From an uncultured bacterium (GTDB taxonomy: Bacteria > Armatimonadota > Abditibacteriia > Abditibacteriales > Abditibacteriaceae): 64,000 nucleotides of DNA. Made by a program: the position numbers and the translations under genes. The DNA lies in contig CAWJLW010000006.1 in NCBI GenBank assembly GCA_963843795.1, positions 1,736,001 to 1,800,000 on the forward strand. The letters run 5' to 3'. The notes under the pieces are model-generated. The model made no database searches. It was not told where the DNA came from and saw only the letters and a list, made by a program, of their open reading frames with translations. Positions 20,436 to 30,829 of this stretch are shown piece after piece. Position 1 is the first letter of the stretch. Each line of letters opens with the position of its first letter.

Positions 20436-21209
20436 TTACACAGCGCGCCGGTTGCCCCACAACAAAACATGCAACTGCGGTAGCAATAAAACATTCAGCC
20501 AACCATCTCGCGTCACATATTCTAGTAGCCATTCGATTTCACGGGTAGGTGCCGTCGCAAAATTCGCGCCGACTTCAAAGGCAGAAGGCCAATTTTCTGG
20601 CTGTTCGGGCGAAAAGTTACCGACTTGCAAAACCCAACGCACATTGGGAAACCGCGTGTGCAGCAACTCGTACCCTGCGCGCGCGAATTGATAATCGGTT
20701 TCATCGAAAACCACAATTTTTATGGCAATATCGCTGCAAATGCCAGCAGCGATATTGTCACGATTTTGCGCGGCTTCGATACATTCGATCACACGCGCCC
20801 AATCGCAATGCATTTTCGAAGAGGGCGGTTTGGGCGATAAAACCAGATGATCCAATTTCGCAAACCAGTTCTTCGACACACTGCCCTGGGTTTCCAGCGC
20901 GAAAGTGCAACCCTTTTCGCGTCCCAAATCGAGCAACGATTCCAACGGTTGCAAAGCCGGATTACCACCCGAAAGCGTGATAAGAATCGGTTGTTGATGG
21001 GTGAGTGCAAGTACTTGCTCCAGAATTTCTGGCGCGCTCATTTTCTGCCAGTCGTTCTTGAATTGTGGTAAAACGGCATAGAGCGTGTCGCACCAGGCGC
21101 AGCGAAAATCGCAGCCACCGGTACGCACGAACACAGTTGGACGGCCGATAAGCGTGCCTTCGCCCTGAATTGTTGGCCCGAAAATTTCGCTGATTTGAAT
21201 CAATCGCAT
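20436..21209 (-). CDS. queE: 7-carboxy-7-deazaguanine synthase (radical SAM)
   Basis: EIFGPTIQGEG, CDFRCAWCDT, SGGNP, SPKPPSS and PQLH. Confidence 0.95.
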   Translation of the reverse strand: MRLIQISEIFGPTIQGEGTLIGRPTVFVRTGGCDFRCAWCDTLYAVLPQFKNDWQKMSAPEILEQVLALTHQQPILITLSGGNPALQPLESLLDLGREKGCTFALETQGSVSKNWFAKLDHLVLSPKPPSSKMHCDWARVIECIEAAQNRDNIAAGICSDIAIKIVVFDETDYQFARAGYELLHTRFPNVRWVLQVGNFSPEQPENWPSAFEVGANFATAPTREIEWLLEYVTRDGWLNVLLLPQLHVLLWGNRRAV

Positions 21210-21242
21210 CTCAGTAGTGGTGCTGCAAGTACTTGCAGCGCG

Positions 21243-21920
21243 TTACGCTGCATATTTGGTCGGATCGTGCACTTGCGCCAGTTCAAAGGCTTCTTTGCGC
21301 TCAATACAAGTGCCGCATTGGCCGCAATGAAGCGTGCCGCCTTCGTAACACGACCAGGTATTTTCAAACGGCACAGCCAACTGCGCACCAATTCGGACGA
21401 TATCGCTTTTGGTTTTATCGAGAAACGGCGCCAACAATTGCAGATGTTCATCGCCGCAACCTGCGACAGCCAATTGCTGCATCTTGGCAAAGCTTGCGAT
21501 GAAATCGGGACGGCAATCGGGATAGATGAAATGGTCGCCACCATGCACACCAATCGCCACGGCTTGCGCATTTTCGGCAACCGCTGCGGCGTAAGCAATC
21601 GACAGAAAAATCGCATTGCGATTCGGAACAATCGTGACGCTCATCGAAGGCGCAGCATAATGTCCGTGCGGCATTTCAATATCATCTGTTAAAGCCGAGC
21701 CTTTCAATAATGGCTTCAAACCTGATAAATCAATCACATTTAACCGCGCGCTCAAACTTTCGGCGCAAAGGCGCGCGCAATCGAGTTCGCGCTTGTGGCG
21801 CTGACCGTAATCGAAGCCCAACAGATGCAAATTGTAGCCTTGCGATTTAAGCCAAAACGCTAAGGTCACCGAATCCAGACCGCCGCTCACCACGGCAATC
21901 GCACTTTTTGTCTCACTCAT
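21243..21920 (-). CDS. queC: 7-cyano-7-deazaguanine synthase
   Basis: SGGLDS, FDYGQRH, VPNRN, YPDCR and TWSCY...HCGQCGTC. Confidence 0.97.
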   Translation of the reverse strand: MSETKSAIAVVSGGLDSVTLAFWLKSQGYNLHLLGFDYGQRHKRELDCARLCAESLSARLNVIDLSGLKPLLKGSALTDDIEMPHGHYAAPSMSVTIVPNRNAIFLSIAYAAAVAENAQAVAIGVHGGDHFIYPDCRPDFIASFAKMQQLAVAGCGDEHLQLLAPFLDKTKSDIVRIGAQLAVPFENTWSCYEGGTLHCGQCGTCIERKEAFELAQVHDPTKYAA

Positions 21921-22783
21921 TTTCTGCCTTCGTTCGTCTTCAAACGTGACTTAATTTCGTCCAAAATGTCGTCTGGCACGCCTTCGCCGGTTTGTGTGAT
22001 GCCCAACGGATTGACTTTGCGCGCGCCATGAAAATCGCTGCCGCCGCTTTGCAATAAGCCATATTTTTCAGCCATGCGCACTGTCCATTCAGTTTCTTCG
22101 GATGTATAGGTAAAATAGAAAGTTTCCAGTCCGTCCAGACCCCACGAAATCCACTGCTGCAAAATCGCTTCGTATTCTTCCCACGAACGCTCTTTACGAT
22201 CAAACGGCGGATGCGCCCAGATCGCCACTCCGCCCGCATCGTGAATGCCCTTGATCGCAGCTTGCGGAGACAAAACTTTTTTCGGCAAATGTGCAGGTTT
22301 TCCGGCCGCCAGAAGTTCGTCGAACACTTGCTGAATAGTGCCCAAAGCGTTGCTTTTATCTTCTACAAGGACTTGGGCTATGTGCGGGCGGCCAATCTGC
22401 GCTTCACCAGCGACTTTCTTGACTTCCTGTATGCTAATTTTATGGCCCAACGAATTTAATTTCTCGATAATCAATTCGTTGCGATTGGCGCGGGCGCTTT
22501 GAATTTCGGGCAAAATTTGCGTTAAAAGTGGCGCATTTTTGCTCATCCCATAGCCTAATAAATGAAATCGCCCGAGGGAACTTTCGACCGAAAGTTCGAT
22601 ACCAGGCACGACCGAAATCCCTAATTCGCGTCCGGTTTCTATGGCCTCATCCCAACCGGCGATAGTGTCGTGATCGGTAATACCGATCGCGCTCAAACCC
22701 AGTTCGTGAGCCTGAGTTACCAATTGGCGTGGCGTGACCGTGCCATCGGAAGCTGTGGTGTGTGCGTGTAAATCAATCATCAA
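21917..22783 (-). CDS. PHP-domain phosphoesterase (YciV/TrpH-like)
   Basis: DLHAHTTASDG, ITDHD, GRPH, AHP and GGSDFHG. Confidence 0.92.
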   Translation of the reverse strand: MMIDLHAHTTASDGTVTPRQLVTQAHELGLSAIGITDHDTIAGWDEAIETGRELGISVVPGIELSVESSLGRFHLLGYGMSKNAPLLTQILPEIQSARANRNELIIEKLNSLGHKISIQEVKKVAGEAQIGRPHIAQVLVEDKSNALGTIQQVFDELLAAGKPAHLPKKVLSPQAAIKGIHDAGGVAIWAHPPFDRKERSWEEYEAILQQWISWGLDGLETFYFTYTSEETEWTVRMAEKYGLLQSGGSDFHGARKVNPLGITQTGEGVPDDILDEIKSRLKTNEGRK

Positions 22784-23324
22784 TCAAACCCTTTTCACGC
22801 AGATAACTCATAATTTTCTCGAAACCTTCATCGGGCGTTTCGCGTTCGCTATCAATCCAAACTTCGGGGTTTTCCGGTTCTTCATACGGATCGGAAACGC
22901 CGGTAAAATTCGCAATTTCGCCCGCGATGGCTTTTTTATATAAACCTTTGACATCGCGCCGCACGAGTTCATCCAAAGAACAGTGCGTGTGAACTTCGAC
23001 AAAAGCCGCGCCATGACTTTCGACTAATGCACGACAATCAGCGCGCACTTCCTGATAAGGCGAAATCGCGCTGGCAATAGCGATAATTCCATTGCGCGAC
23101 AACAAATCGCACACGAAACCGATGCGTCGCACATTGGTATCGCGGCCTTCTTTATCGAAGCTCAAACCTTTGCTGAGATTGGTGCGCACCACATCGCCAT
23201 CCAACACTTCGACGCGATAATTGCGAGCGCGAAACTCGTTTTCCAACCGGTGCGCCAGTGTGCTTTTGCCCGAACCGCTGAGGCCGGTGAACCAGAGCGT
23301 AAAACCTTTGTGCATAATCTTCAA
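22773..23324 (-). CDS. cysC: Adenylyl-sulfate kinase
   Basis: WFTGLSGSGKST, LDGDVVR, RDVKGLY and FTGVSDPYE. Confidence 0.96.
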   Translation of the reverse strand: MKIMHKGFTLWFTGLSGSGKSTLAHRLENEFRARNYRVEVLDGDVVRTNLSKGLSFDKEGRDTNVRRIGFVCDLLSRNGIIAIASAISPYQEVRADCRALVESHGAAFVEVHTHCSLDELVRRDVKGLYKKAIAGEIANFTGVSDPYEEPENPEVWIDSERETPDEGFEKIMSYLREKGLIDD

Positions 23325-23392
23325 TCTTTAATTTTTTCAATGACCAAGCCACTTAATTTTAGCAAAAACGCCCCGCAAGTACTTGCAGAGCA

Positions 23393-24655
23393 TTATTTAG
23401 CGGCAGGTTTTTCAGTAGATTTCTCCAGCGTTTTGGGATGCTTCAATTCCCATTGATGCGCCATTTGCGAAACCGCGACTGTCGCGATTTCATCGCATGC
23501 CTGCGCTTGCCGAATGCCATCGCCTCGGCCATCGTAGGAATTGGTCGCAATTAACACGGCAAATTCGCGACTGGGAGAAAGCCACGCCGCGCAATAATTC
23601 ATCAGGTTGCTGCCATTATGATACAAAGCGCGACCATCGCTCCAGTCTCGATTGACGATGCGCCAACCGGCCGCGTATTCGCCTTCGCCTCGCCATAATT
23701 CTTGCAAGGTTTCGCGCTTCAATAATGGCGTATCGGCTTGATTGGCTTGCAGTTGCAATTGAATGAATTTGGCCCAATCGCCCAACGAAGCGTGAACGGT
23801 GCCTGCGGGGCCGAGCACCTGCGGATTGTCGCTAAATTTGTCGGGCAGCATCGGACGCCACTGCTCGCGCCTGGCGCTCCAAACGTGCGCCCAAAGCCCG
23901 TCGATTTTTGGCTCGGATTCGTCTTCGCTTGGCACCGTCGCCATGGGGCCAAAACCAGCAGTCGTCATTTTCAACGGTTCAAACAAGCGCTCGCGCATCA
24001 AATCTTCCCAACTTTTTTTGGTCAACCGTTCCAGCATTGTGCCCGCGACTACGAAGTTGATGTTGGAATAAAGCATCTTGGTGCCGGGTTCGTAAACGGA
24101 CGCTTGTTCGAGCATCATGCGCACATAATCCAAGCGTTGTGCGGTCAAGCTGTCGGTGCGCGAGCGCCACAAATCGTAAGTGGTGCCGGGCGGCAGCGAA
24201 TTATCGGTGAAGCCGCCGCGCTGGTCCAAGAGTTGGCGCAGCGTGACGGCGCGATATTCTGCGCGCATCGTCTTCATTTCGGGGAAAATCTCACCGATTG
24301 TGGTTTCCCAGCTCACGATTTTTTCTTCAACCAGCATCGCAGCCAGCGTTGCTGTCATCGCTTTGGTGCAGGAACCCAAATGCCACGCATCGTTATCGGT
24401 AACCAAGTCCGGCGCGCCAACTTTGCGCACTCCAGCAGTCGCGATGTAGGTTTTCTGCGGCGTGACAATGGCCGCGCCTAATGCGGGCAAATCGTATTTG
24501 AGGCGCACGCTTTCGACAAACGGTTGAAATTGCTTGGGATCGAGAATTTGCGCATGCGCTACAGGAGCGCGCAGAGCGAGCAACGGTACGGAAAGAAAAA
24601 GCATAAAGAAAGCGAAAAAACCGCGAACGCTGCAAGTCAAAAAAGAAGTTTTCAT
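23393..24655 (-). CDS. Secreted serine hydrolase, beta-lactamase/AmpC-like family
   Basis: SCTK (SxxK), YSN and HNG motifs. Signal peptide starts at MKTSF (24655). Confidence 0.88.
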   Translation of the reverse strand: MKTSFLTCSVRGFFAFFMLFLSVPLLALRAPVAHAQILDPKQFQPFVESVRLKYDLPALGAAIVTPQKTYIATAGVRKVGAPDLVTDNDAWHLGSCTKAMTATLAAMLVEEKIVSWETTIGEIFPEMKTMRAEYRAVTLRQLLDQRGGFTDNSLPPGTTYDLWRSRTDSLTAQRLDYVRMMLEQASVYEPGTKMLYSNINFVVAGTMLERLTKKSWEDLMRERLFEPLKMTTAGFGPMATVPSEDESEPKIDGLWAHVWSARREQWRPMLPDKFSDNPQVLGPAGTVHASLGDWAKFIQLQLQANQADTPLLKRETLQELWRGEGEYAAGWRIVNRDWSDGRALYHNGSNLMNYCAAWLSPSREFAVLIATNSYDGRGDGIRQAQACDEIATVAVSQMAHQWELKHPKTLEKSTEKPAAK

Positions 24656-24818
24656 AGGGGAAATCCGCTGCAAGTTTAGTATCTCCGACGCCCAGCGCGG
24701 AAACTGGAGCGCGTTTTTCGGTGCAAGTACTTGCCTGAAGTATACTTGCATACGGGGGCGTGAGTGTGTTTATCTCAACCTATTCCGTTTCCACATATTC
24801 TGATTTAAAGGTCATTTA

Positions 24819-25655
24819 ATGAAAATTGCATTGCAAATTGGTCTGATTCCGGGCGACAACAATTCCGATAAAGCCAAATGGGCGCTCGATCACGGCGTCG
24901 AAGGTATCGAGCTTTCCGCGTTTAGTGGTGGCGTTGATAACATGAAGAAAATTGCCGAAGAAATCAATGGCGTCGTGAAAATTTGCAGTGTTTGTGGCAA
25001 CGCCGATTTGGAAGGCAAAAGCGGCTTCGATTTTCTGCATCCCGAAAAATCCAAACGCCGCGCTTCAATTGATGGCTCCAAAGCATTGCTCGGTTTTTGT
25101 GGAGATGTCGGCGCGGTCGGGCAAATTGTGCCACCAATTTTCGGTGGGCCGGTTGTGCCCGATCTGGCACCGTGGATGAGTCCGTTGGAAATCGAAGATA
25201 AGCTGATGCTTGAAGCTCTTAAAGAGCTCGGCCCATTCGCAGCTGAGCACAAAACGCTGTTCATGTTAGAGCCGCTGAACCGCTACGAACAGCATTATCT
25301 GCGCAAGCAAAACGATGGCGTGCGCGCGATTAAAGCGGCGCGCGAAGCTGGCGTCGAAGGCGGTTTGGGCTTGCTGAGCGACTTTTTTCATATGCACATC
25401 GAAGAAACCGATACGCCGCAAGCCTTTCGCGATGCGGGCGATTTCGTTTCGCACATTCACCTGGCCGACAATACACGCATGGAACCCGGGACGGGCGACA
25501 TCGATTTCGTGGCTGGCTTTAAAGCCTTGAAAGAAATTGGCTTCAATGGTTTCATGGCCTATGAATGCGGGATTTCTGGTGAAAGCAAAGAAGAAAAAGC
25601 GGCCAATCTGAGCAAGAGTTTGGACTATGTACGCGCGTGCATTAAAAAAGCTTAA
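24819..25655 (+). CDS. Sugar phosphate isomerase/epimerase (xylose-isomerase-like TIM barrel)
   Basis: LEPLNRYE, DFFHMHIEE, HIHLAD...R..PG and AYE. Confidence 0.9.
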   Translation: MKIALQIGLIPGDNNSDKAKWALDHGVEGIELSAFSGGVDNMKKIAEEINGVVKICSVCGNADLEGKSGFDFLHPEKSKRRASIDGSKALLGFCGDVGAVGQIVPPIFGGPVVPDLAPWMSPLEIEDKLMLEALKELGPFAAEHKTLFMLEPLNRYEQHYLRKQNDGVRAIKAAREAGVEGGLGLLSDFFHMHIEETDTPQAFRDAGDFVSHIHLADNTRMEPGTGDIDFVAGFKALKEIGFNGFMAYECGISGESKEEKAANLSKSLDYVRACIKKA

Positions 25656-25671
25656 TTTGTTCGTGCAAATC

Positions 25672-25703
25672 AAACTGGCCTGCAAGTACTTGCAGACCAG
25701 TTT
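25672..25703 (+). terminator. Terminator-like hairpin centred on the palindrome
   Basis: AAACTGGCCTGCAAGTACTTGCAGACCAGTTT after the epimerase stop codon. Confidence 0.65.
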
Positions 25704-25772
25704 TGTCATTGGAAGCAGCGATTTCGGCATTAGAGTTGCGAGTGTTTCAATTCTCAAAGGAGTCAAAAAGAC

Positions 25773-26405
25773 ATGGCAAACAAAGTAAAAACCAAGAACA
25801 AGTTGCAACCCGAAATCAATGGCCACGCGCGTGACAGTGCGGAAAATAATCAGCCCCTTATGAAGCAGCGTGGCCCCATCGTGCAGGAATATGGAACTGT
25901 GCGAAACCTACCGTTGGGCCTAAGCGCCGACGTGCGTCAGAAATCGGTCGATCAGTTGAATCAAGTGTTGGCCGATACGATCACAATCGCGAGCTTGTAC
26001 AAAAAACATCACTGGCAAATCAGCGGCGCAACTTTTTATCAGTTGCATCTGTTGTTCGACAAACATTACGAAGAACAAAACGTGCTGATCGACGCGCTCG
26101 CCGAACGCGTGCAACTGTTGGGCGGCGTGGCGACCGGAATGCCCGCAGCCGTGGCGAAAATGTCGAAAATTGAAAATCCGCCCGATGGTGTGGAAGAAAT
26201 TCCGGTGCAGATTTCGCGTTTGCTTGAAGCTCACGAATTGATTATGAAAGAGTCGCGCGATTACGCGGGTCAGGCCGATGAAGCTGGGGACGATGGTACC
26301 AACGATTTATTGGTTTCTCAAGTGTTGCGTACTAACGAACTGCAAACCTGGTTCTTGGCCACTCATCTGGTTGATGACCCCCTGGTTGTTGCTGACAAAG
26401 CCTGA
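25773..26405 (+). CDS. dps: DNA starvation/stationary-phase protection protein Dps
   Basis: KKHHWQISG.TFYQLHLLFD, D.LAER and DDGTNDLL. AGGAG Shine-Dalgarno site. Confidence 0.93.
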   Translation: MANKVKTKNKLQPEINGHARDSAENNQPLMKQRGPIVQEYGTVRNLPLGLSADVRQKSVDQLNQVLADTITIASLYKKHHWQISGATFYQLHLLFDKHYEEQNVLIDALAERVQLLGGVATGMPAAVAKMSKIENPPDGVEEIPVQISRLLEAHELIMKESRDYAGQADEAGDDGTNDLLVSQVLRTNELQTWFLATHLVDDPLVVADKA

Positions 26406-26421
26406 AACAGGAAATGAAGCC

Positions 26422-26458
26422 CAAAAGCCCGCTGCAAGTTACTTGCAGCGGGCTTTTG
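26422..26458. terminator. Bidirectional terminator hairpin; palindrome with a 1-nt central insertion
   Basis: CAAAAGCCCGCTGCAAGT-T-ACTTGCAGCGGGCTTTTG between convergent genes. Confidence 0.8.
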
Positions 26459-26469
26459 AGCGTTACCTT

Positions 26470-28857
26470 TTACTTATTCTCGGCGCGTTCGCGTTCCCAG
26501 TTCAAAGCTTTCTGCGCTTGACGCGCGGCTTCAATTTCGTGTTGCGTTAGCGGATGAGGATTGTAGCGAGCTTGCACATACAAATCAATCAAGCGACGCA
26601 GCGGTTCGGAATCGCGCAGTTGCAGCGTTTTTTCGGCGGCGCTAAACCATTCCAATGGCGTTTCCCAATCGGCAACGGGCCGATAACGGCGCGCGATCTG
26701 GCGCGCGGCGCTTCGGTACATCTGATGAATTTCCCGACGCGCCAGAAAATCAGTGCGATCATCCACTTCAAGGTGCATAGCGTTGGCATATTTCCACGCC
26801 TGGCGCCGCCCGCTCCACCACAAACCAATCATCAATAAAGATAACAAGGCGAACGTCACCGAGTAAGGAACGCGACTTTTTTGCAGGCTGAGAACGACAG
26901 CTTCCAAACCGTTTTGGGCGAAATCCTGCCAATTTTGAAACAGAGTGGGAGAATTTTCGCCACGCGAAGCCGGAGGTGTGGCGTCGAGCATCGTCCAACC
27001 CCAGTGGGGCACCCAGATTTCCGTCCACGCGTGCGAACCAGCTTCGCGCAAAATCGCTTCGCTGCCATCAGCCGACCATTCGGGATTAGTGAAGCCAGTT
27101 ACAACACGTGCCGGAATGCCAACAGCGCGACAGGTCACGGCCAGAGCTCCCGCGAAATAGGTACAGTAGCCACGCTTTGAGCCAAACAAAAAGAAATCCG
27201 TAGCATCGCGATTTTCGGGTACGATTGGCGGGCGCAAGGTATAGTTCGCACCACGCTGGATAGCGGTCACCAATAAACGCGCGCGCACATATTCGCTGGC
27301 ATCGGCAGGCGCACCAGCGATCACATTGGACGACCAATCTTTGATGCGCGTGGGCAAAGTGGAAGGTAACTGCAAATAAGCCGCGCGTTCGGACGCACTC
27401 AGTTCCAAGCCGGAAGCGTTGGGTTTACTAGCTGGCAGGCGTTTCAGCGGCGGCCCCAGTTCACTGGCAATTTTCGCCATCTCAGCGGTTTGTTCGTAAC
27501 CCAGCGTGCGGCGCATCAACTCTTCGGTGCCATATTCGGCGACGGCTACGACATCGCTTACCATGTAAACCACATCGGTCTGATTGAGAATTCCAATATC
27601 CAGCGCGGCATCTTCGCGTGCGCGCAAGATTTCGGGAGGCTTGGCCATTCTGGGTATGAGAGTCTGGACGCCGGGTAAAGTTGGAACAAAGCCTGTATTG
27701 GGTACCAACGCTTGAATACTGTACGAAACTTTCGCGCGCGGCCTGCCAAACGCCCGCGCACGAGCCAGTGGTTGCAACCGGCGACTCACATCGTAGCCGG
27801 GAAATCTTTGGCGAATCTGGCTAAAGCGATTATTGGCATCCAAAGTCGATTGTTCGGGCGACAAAAGTTGAATCGGAATACCAACACCCTGTCCGGGCAA
27901 CTGCGACCAGCTTTTGCCATCGTATTTAGTGTAGGTGAACATTCGCCAGTAAGAGGGGCGAATCGGAATGTTATCGTTGTAGCTTTTCGCGAACACACGC
28001 CACAGCGGAGTTCGAGTTGGCAAAGCCGGGCCACTGTTGAAATCGATCTGGCGTTCTGGGCCGTTATTGACCGAGGAATCTTGCAGTTCGCCACCCATGG
28101 AACTCACGCGTGTAAACAAGCGCATCAGCCAGTTGTCGTTGCGCTTGTCCTCGTCGCTGGTCACGCCATAAGAAAACATCACAGCACAAGTCAGCGAAAA
28201 AGCCATCACACCCGCCAAGCTGCGCGATGACAATTTGATTTCCTGATCGGGCACCACCGGCGGCACATGCGCCGCGATGCCGCGTCGCGCTTCGGCCCGC
28301 TGATCCAAAGCCAACAAAAGCGCGGCGGTCACGGCCCACATCAGAAAATACAACACGACTTCAACTTCTTTGTGAACCACAATCAACAACAACAGCACCG
28401 AAAACGATGGCACCGTGCACAAAACGGCGTCTTTATCATTGATAATGGCCAGACAGCGGCACACGCTGAGAACTAAAAACACCTGCATCAAAATCTGAAT
28501 AGTTTGCGTGGCATAAGCCAGTTGAAATAGTCTGTCGATACTGAATCTGGGATCGCTGCCTAGAACCAAAGCCGTTACCAGACAAGTGATGCCCATCATC
28601 AGCGAATTGATCAAAGGACGCGGAATTTTTCGCTCGCCAAACCGCAGACCTGTGCTGCGTAACCACAAAGACACCGGAAGGCCCAGAAGCGTGAGCATAC
28701 CCAGCATCAGTGCCACATCGGTGCGAATTACCAGTTGCGCCGCCGCAACCGCAATCAGGGTGCAACTGTAGGCCGCACCATAACGCAAAACCAAATCCCA
28801 CATCGAACGCGAACGTCCAATTCGAGCGTTCACGCGCACAGGAGGCAAAATTTTCAT
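26470..28857 (-). CDS. Membrane transglutaminase-like protein (TgpA/DUF3488-like, DUF4129-like C-terminus)
   Basis: N-terminal TM bundle. GYCTYFA, GIPARVVTGF and HAWTEIW...W...D supply the catalytic triad. C-terminal ETPLE...Y..ARY. Confidence 0.88.
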   Translation of the reverse strand: MKILPPVRVNARIGRSRSMWDLVLRYGAAYSCTLIAVAAAQLVIRTDVALMLGMLTLLGLPVSLWLRSTGLRFGERKIPRPLINSLMMGITCLVTALVLGSDPRFSIDRLFQLAYATQTIQILMQVFLVLSVCRCLAIINDKDAVLCTVPSFSVLLLLIVVHKEVEVVLYFLMWAVTAALLLALDQRAEARRGIAAHVPPVVPDQEIKLSSRSLAGVMAFSLTCAVMFSYGVTSDEDKRNDNWLMRLFTRVSSMGGELQDSSVNNGPERQIDFNSGPALPTRTPLWRVFAKSYNDNIPIRPSYWRMFTYTKYDGKSWSQLPGQGVGIPIQLLSPEQSTLDANNRFSQIRQRFPGYDVSRRLQPLARARAFGRPRAKVSYSIQALVPNTGFVPTLPGVQTLIPRMAKPPEILRAREDAALDIGILNQTDVVYMVSDVVAVAEYGTEELMRRTLGYEQTAEMAKIASELGPPLKRLPASKPNASGLELSASERAAYLQLPSTLPTRIKDWSSNVIAGAPADASEYVRARLLVTAIQRGANYTLRPPIVPENRDATDFFLFGSKRGYCTYFAGALAVTCRAVGIPARVVTGFTNPEWSADGSEAILREAGSHAWTEIWVPHWGWTMLDATPPASRGENSPTLFQNWQDFAQNGLEAVVLSLQKSRVPYSVTFALLSLLMIGLWWSGRRQAWKYANAMHLEVDDRTDFLARREIHQMYRSAARQIARRYRPVADWETPLEWFSAAEKTLQLRDSEPLRRLIDLYVQARYNPHPLTQHEIEAARQAQKALNWERERAENK

Positions 28858-28987
28858 GACAGAATATCTACACGCGAGCGCTATTTTGCGCTCATTATCA
28901 GGGACAATTTCAAAAAAGTGAGAAACTAAGATCCCAACACTCAGCCGTAAAACTCACTTCATGGCCGCTGCAAGTACTTGCGTCACA

Positions 28988-30730
28988 TCAAACCGCGCTT
29001 TGGGCTGCGGAAGTTTCGTTTGTAGGCATCTCGCCCATCACGGCGCGACCAGTAGGAGAGCTGCGGAATTGCAAAACTTTTTGCAAAGCTTCTTGCAACA
29101 ATTGCATTTGCTGAGCGCCACCGGGAATGCCGTCGTCCTCAACGCGAAACGGGAGGCGCGAACGCGCCGATTGCGGACGCTGCGGTAAACGCAACACACT
29201 GATGCCCACCCGTTTTAAGCGCTCTTCCTGTTCGGCATATTCGTCGCGAACCTGCCGACTGCCGCGCCGTTTACGCGCGTCGCGCACCGCCGAGCCATCG
29301 AAAACCGCGCCATCGACCAGACATACGATAACCGAAGTGCGCTGACGTTGCAGCCAGCGCACGGCTTCGATCAGGTCGGGTGAGGTCGAAGCCGTCACCA
29401 GATAAATATGACCGATACGCGGAGCACGCAACGCCGCCATCAGTGCAGCGGACAAAGGGGAAGAGCGCTCAGCACGCGCGTAAGACAAAATCTCCTGCAC
29501 GCGCGCCAACAATTGTGCCGAAACCGCGCCCTGCACAGGCGGCAATAAATAGGGATGCGCGTCTAAACGGAGCAGCCCACACGAACGCCCGTTCTCGCTC
29601 AAAATACGACACAGCGACGCTGTCAGGCGCAGCGCCCATTCATCGACGGCGCGCGCTTCTTTGCTTTGACTTTTGACGCGAGCCTCAGCGGTTTCTGCTT
29701 GCTGATGAGCAGCCAAACGCTTGGCTTCCCAGTTTTGCAGGAGCTTGAACTGTGCGCCAATTTTCCCCAGTTGCAGGGCGCGCAGAATTTGGCGCTGACG
29801 CGCGCGTTCGCGAGCTGTGGGCACGGCCCCATCCCAGATCACCAGCGTTTGATCTTGCGTGGTGCGCTCCCATTCGCGCACCACAAATTCGCCGCGGCGC
29901 GCCGTCGATTTCCAATGAACCAGGCGCAAATCATCGCCCACTACATATGGCCGCGTACCGCTGAACTCGTCGCCGCGCCCCGAAGAACGCCTTCCGCCCG
30001 CCGCACCCGAAACCGCGCCCGCCAAACCGCGCCCCCGGACATCTTCCAAACCCAACATCGCTGGTCCCACAACAATTTGGGCGCTCAAATTTTCCCGCAC
30101 CACGCCATTATTTTCGAGTTGGCTTTTATTTTCGGGTTGGCTTTCCACCCAAGTGGCGGGATTTTGCTGAGAGGGAATGGTTTTACGAAAGCGGAACAAG
30201 CCCAGCACGTCGCTGCCGCGCAGCAGCACGCTGATTACGCGATAACGCCCGCGCTGCAAATCGTGCAGCGGCAGGGTGACTGCGATTTGCGAACCCGAAG
30301 GCAAAGCTTCGATAAGAAACGCGCGCACCAGACGCTGATCGCGTGTTACTTCGTGCAACTGCACCTCGATGGTAAGATCGGTTTTATTGAAAGTTCCGCG
30401 ATTGACGAGCGTGACTTGCAAGCCACCATGGCCACTGCTATCCCACTCAACCAATTCCTCATCCAATGTTTCGTCCTCATCTTCATCGACGAAAAACGAA
30501 ACCACACGACGTTCGGTGCGCTCAGGCGCTTCAGACACGACAGCGCTTTCTACTGTCCATGTACAGCCAACCCCGAATAGTGACAAAAGTGCCGTGCCTA
30601 GACACGAAGCCAGCACGGCGGCGGAAAGCCAGGTCAGCGCGTAGTAAAAAGTCGGCAGGCCATTGACGAAGGCGATCAAATAGAAACACAAGCCAACGAA
30701 ACCGAATAACAGCGCGCGCGCAGTGAGCAT
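28988..30730 (-). CDS. DUF58-domain protein
   Basis: RGRY, DVLGLF and EFSGTRPYVVGDDLRLVHWKSTARRGEFVVRE. Confidence 0.88.
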   Translation of the reverse strand: MLTARALLFGFVGLCFYLIAFVNGLPTFYYALTWLSAAVLASCLGTALLSLFGVGCTWTVESAVVSEAPERTERRVVSFFVDEDEDETLDEELVEWDSSGHGGLQVTLVNRGTFNKTDLTIEVQLHEVTRDQRLVRAFLIEALPSGSQIAVTLPLHDLQRGRYRVISVLLRGSDVLGLFRFRKTIPSQQNPATWVESQPENKSQLENNGVVRENLSAQIVVGPAMLGLEDVRGRGLAGAVSGAAGGRRSSGRGDEFSGTRPYVVGDDLRLVHWKSTARRGEFVVREWERTTQDQTLVIWDGAVPTARERARQRQILRALQLGKIGAQFKLLQNWEAKRLAAHQQAETAEARVKSQSKEARAVDEWALRLTASLCRILSENGRSCGLLRLDAHPYLLPPVQGAVSAQLLARVQEILSYARAERSSPLSAALMAALRAPRIGHIYLVTASTSPDLIEAVRWLQRQRTSVIVCLVDGAVFDGSAVRDARKRRGSRQVRDEYAEQEERLKRVGISVLRLPQRPQSARSRLPFRVEDDGIPGGAQQMQLLQEALQKVLQFRSSPTGRAVMGEMPTNETSAAQSAV

Positions 30731-30829
30731 AATTTCGAAGATTTGTCAGTCGGGAATCGTCCGTAATCGGGCGCAAGTTACTTGCCCGTTCTCTGTTCGA
30801 TGCTGAAGCGAAGATTTGAAATGGAAGTT

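Noticed and set aside
20436..21920. queC/queE as part of a 7-deazaguanine DNA-modification (dpd) or defence island
   Set aside because: No dpdA/tgt-like, helicase or nuclease partners are nearby and the context is housekeeping. Ordinary queuosine synthesis is more likely.
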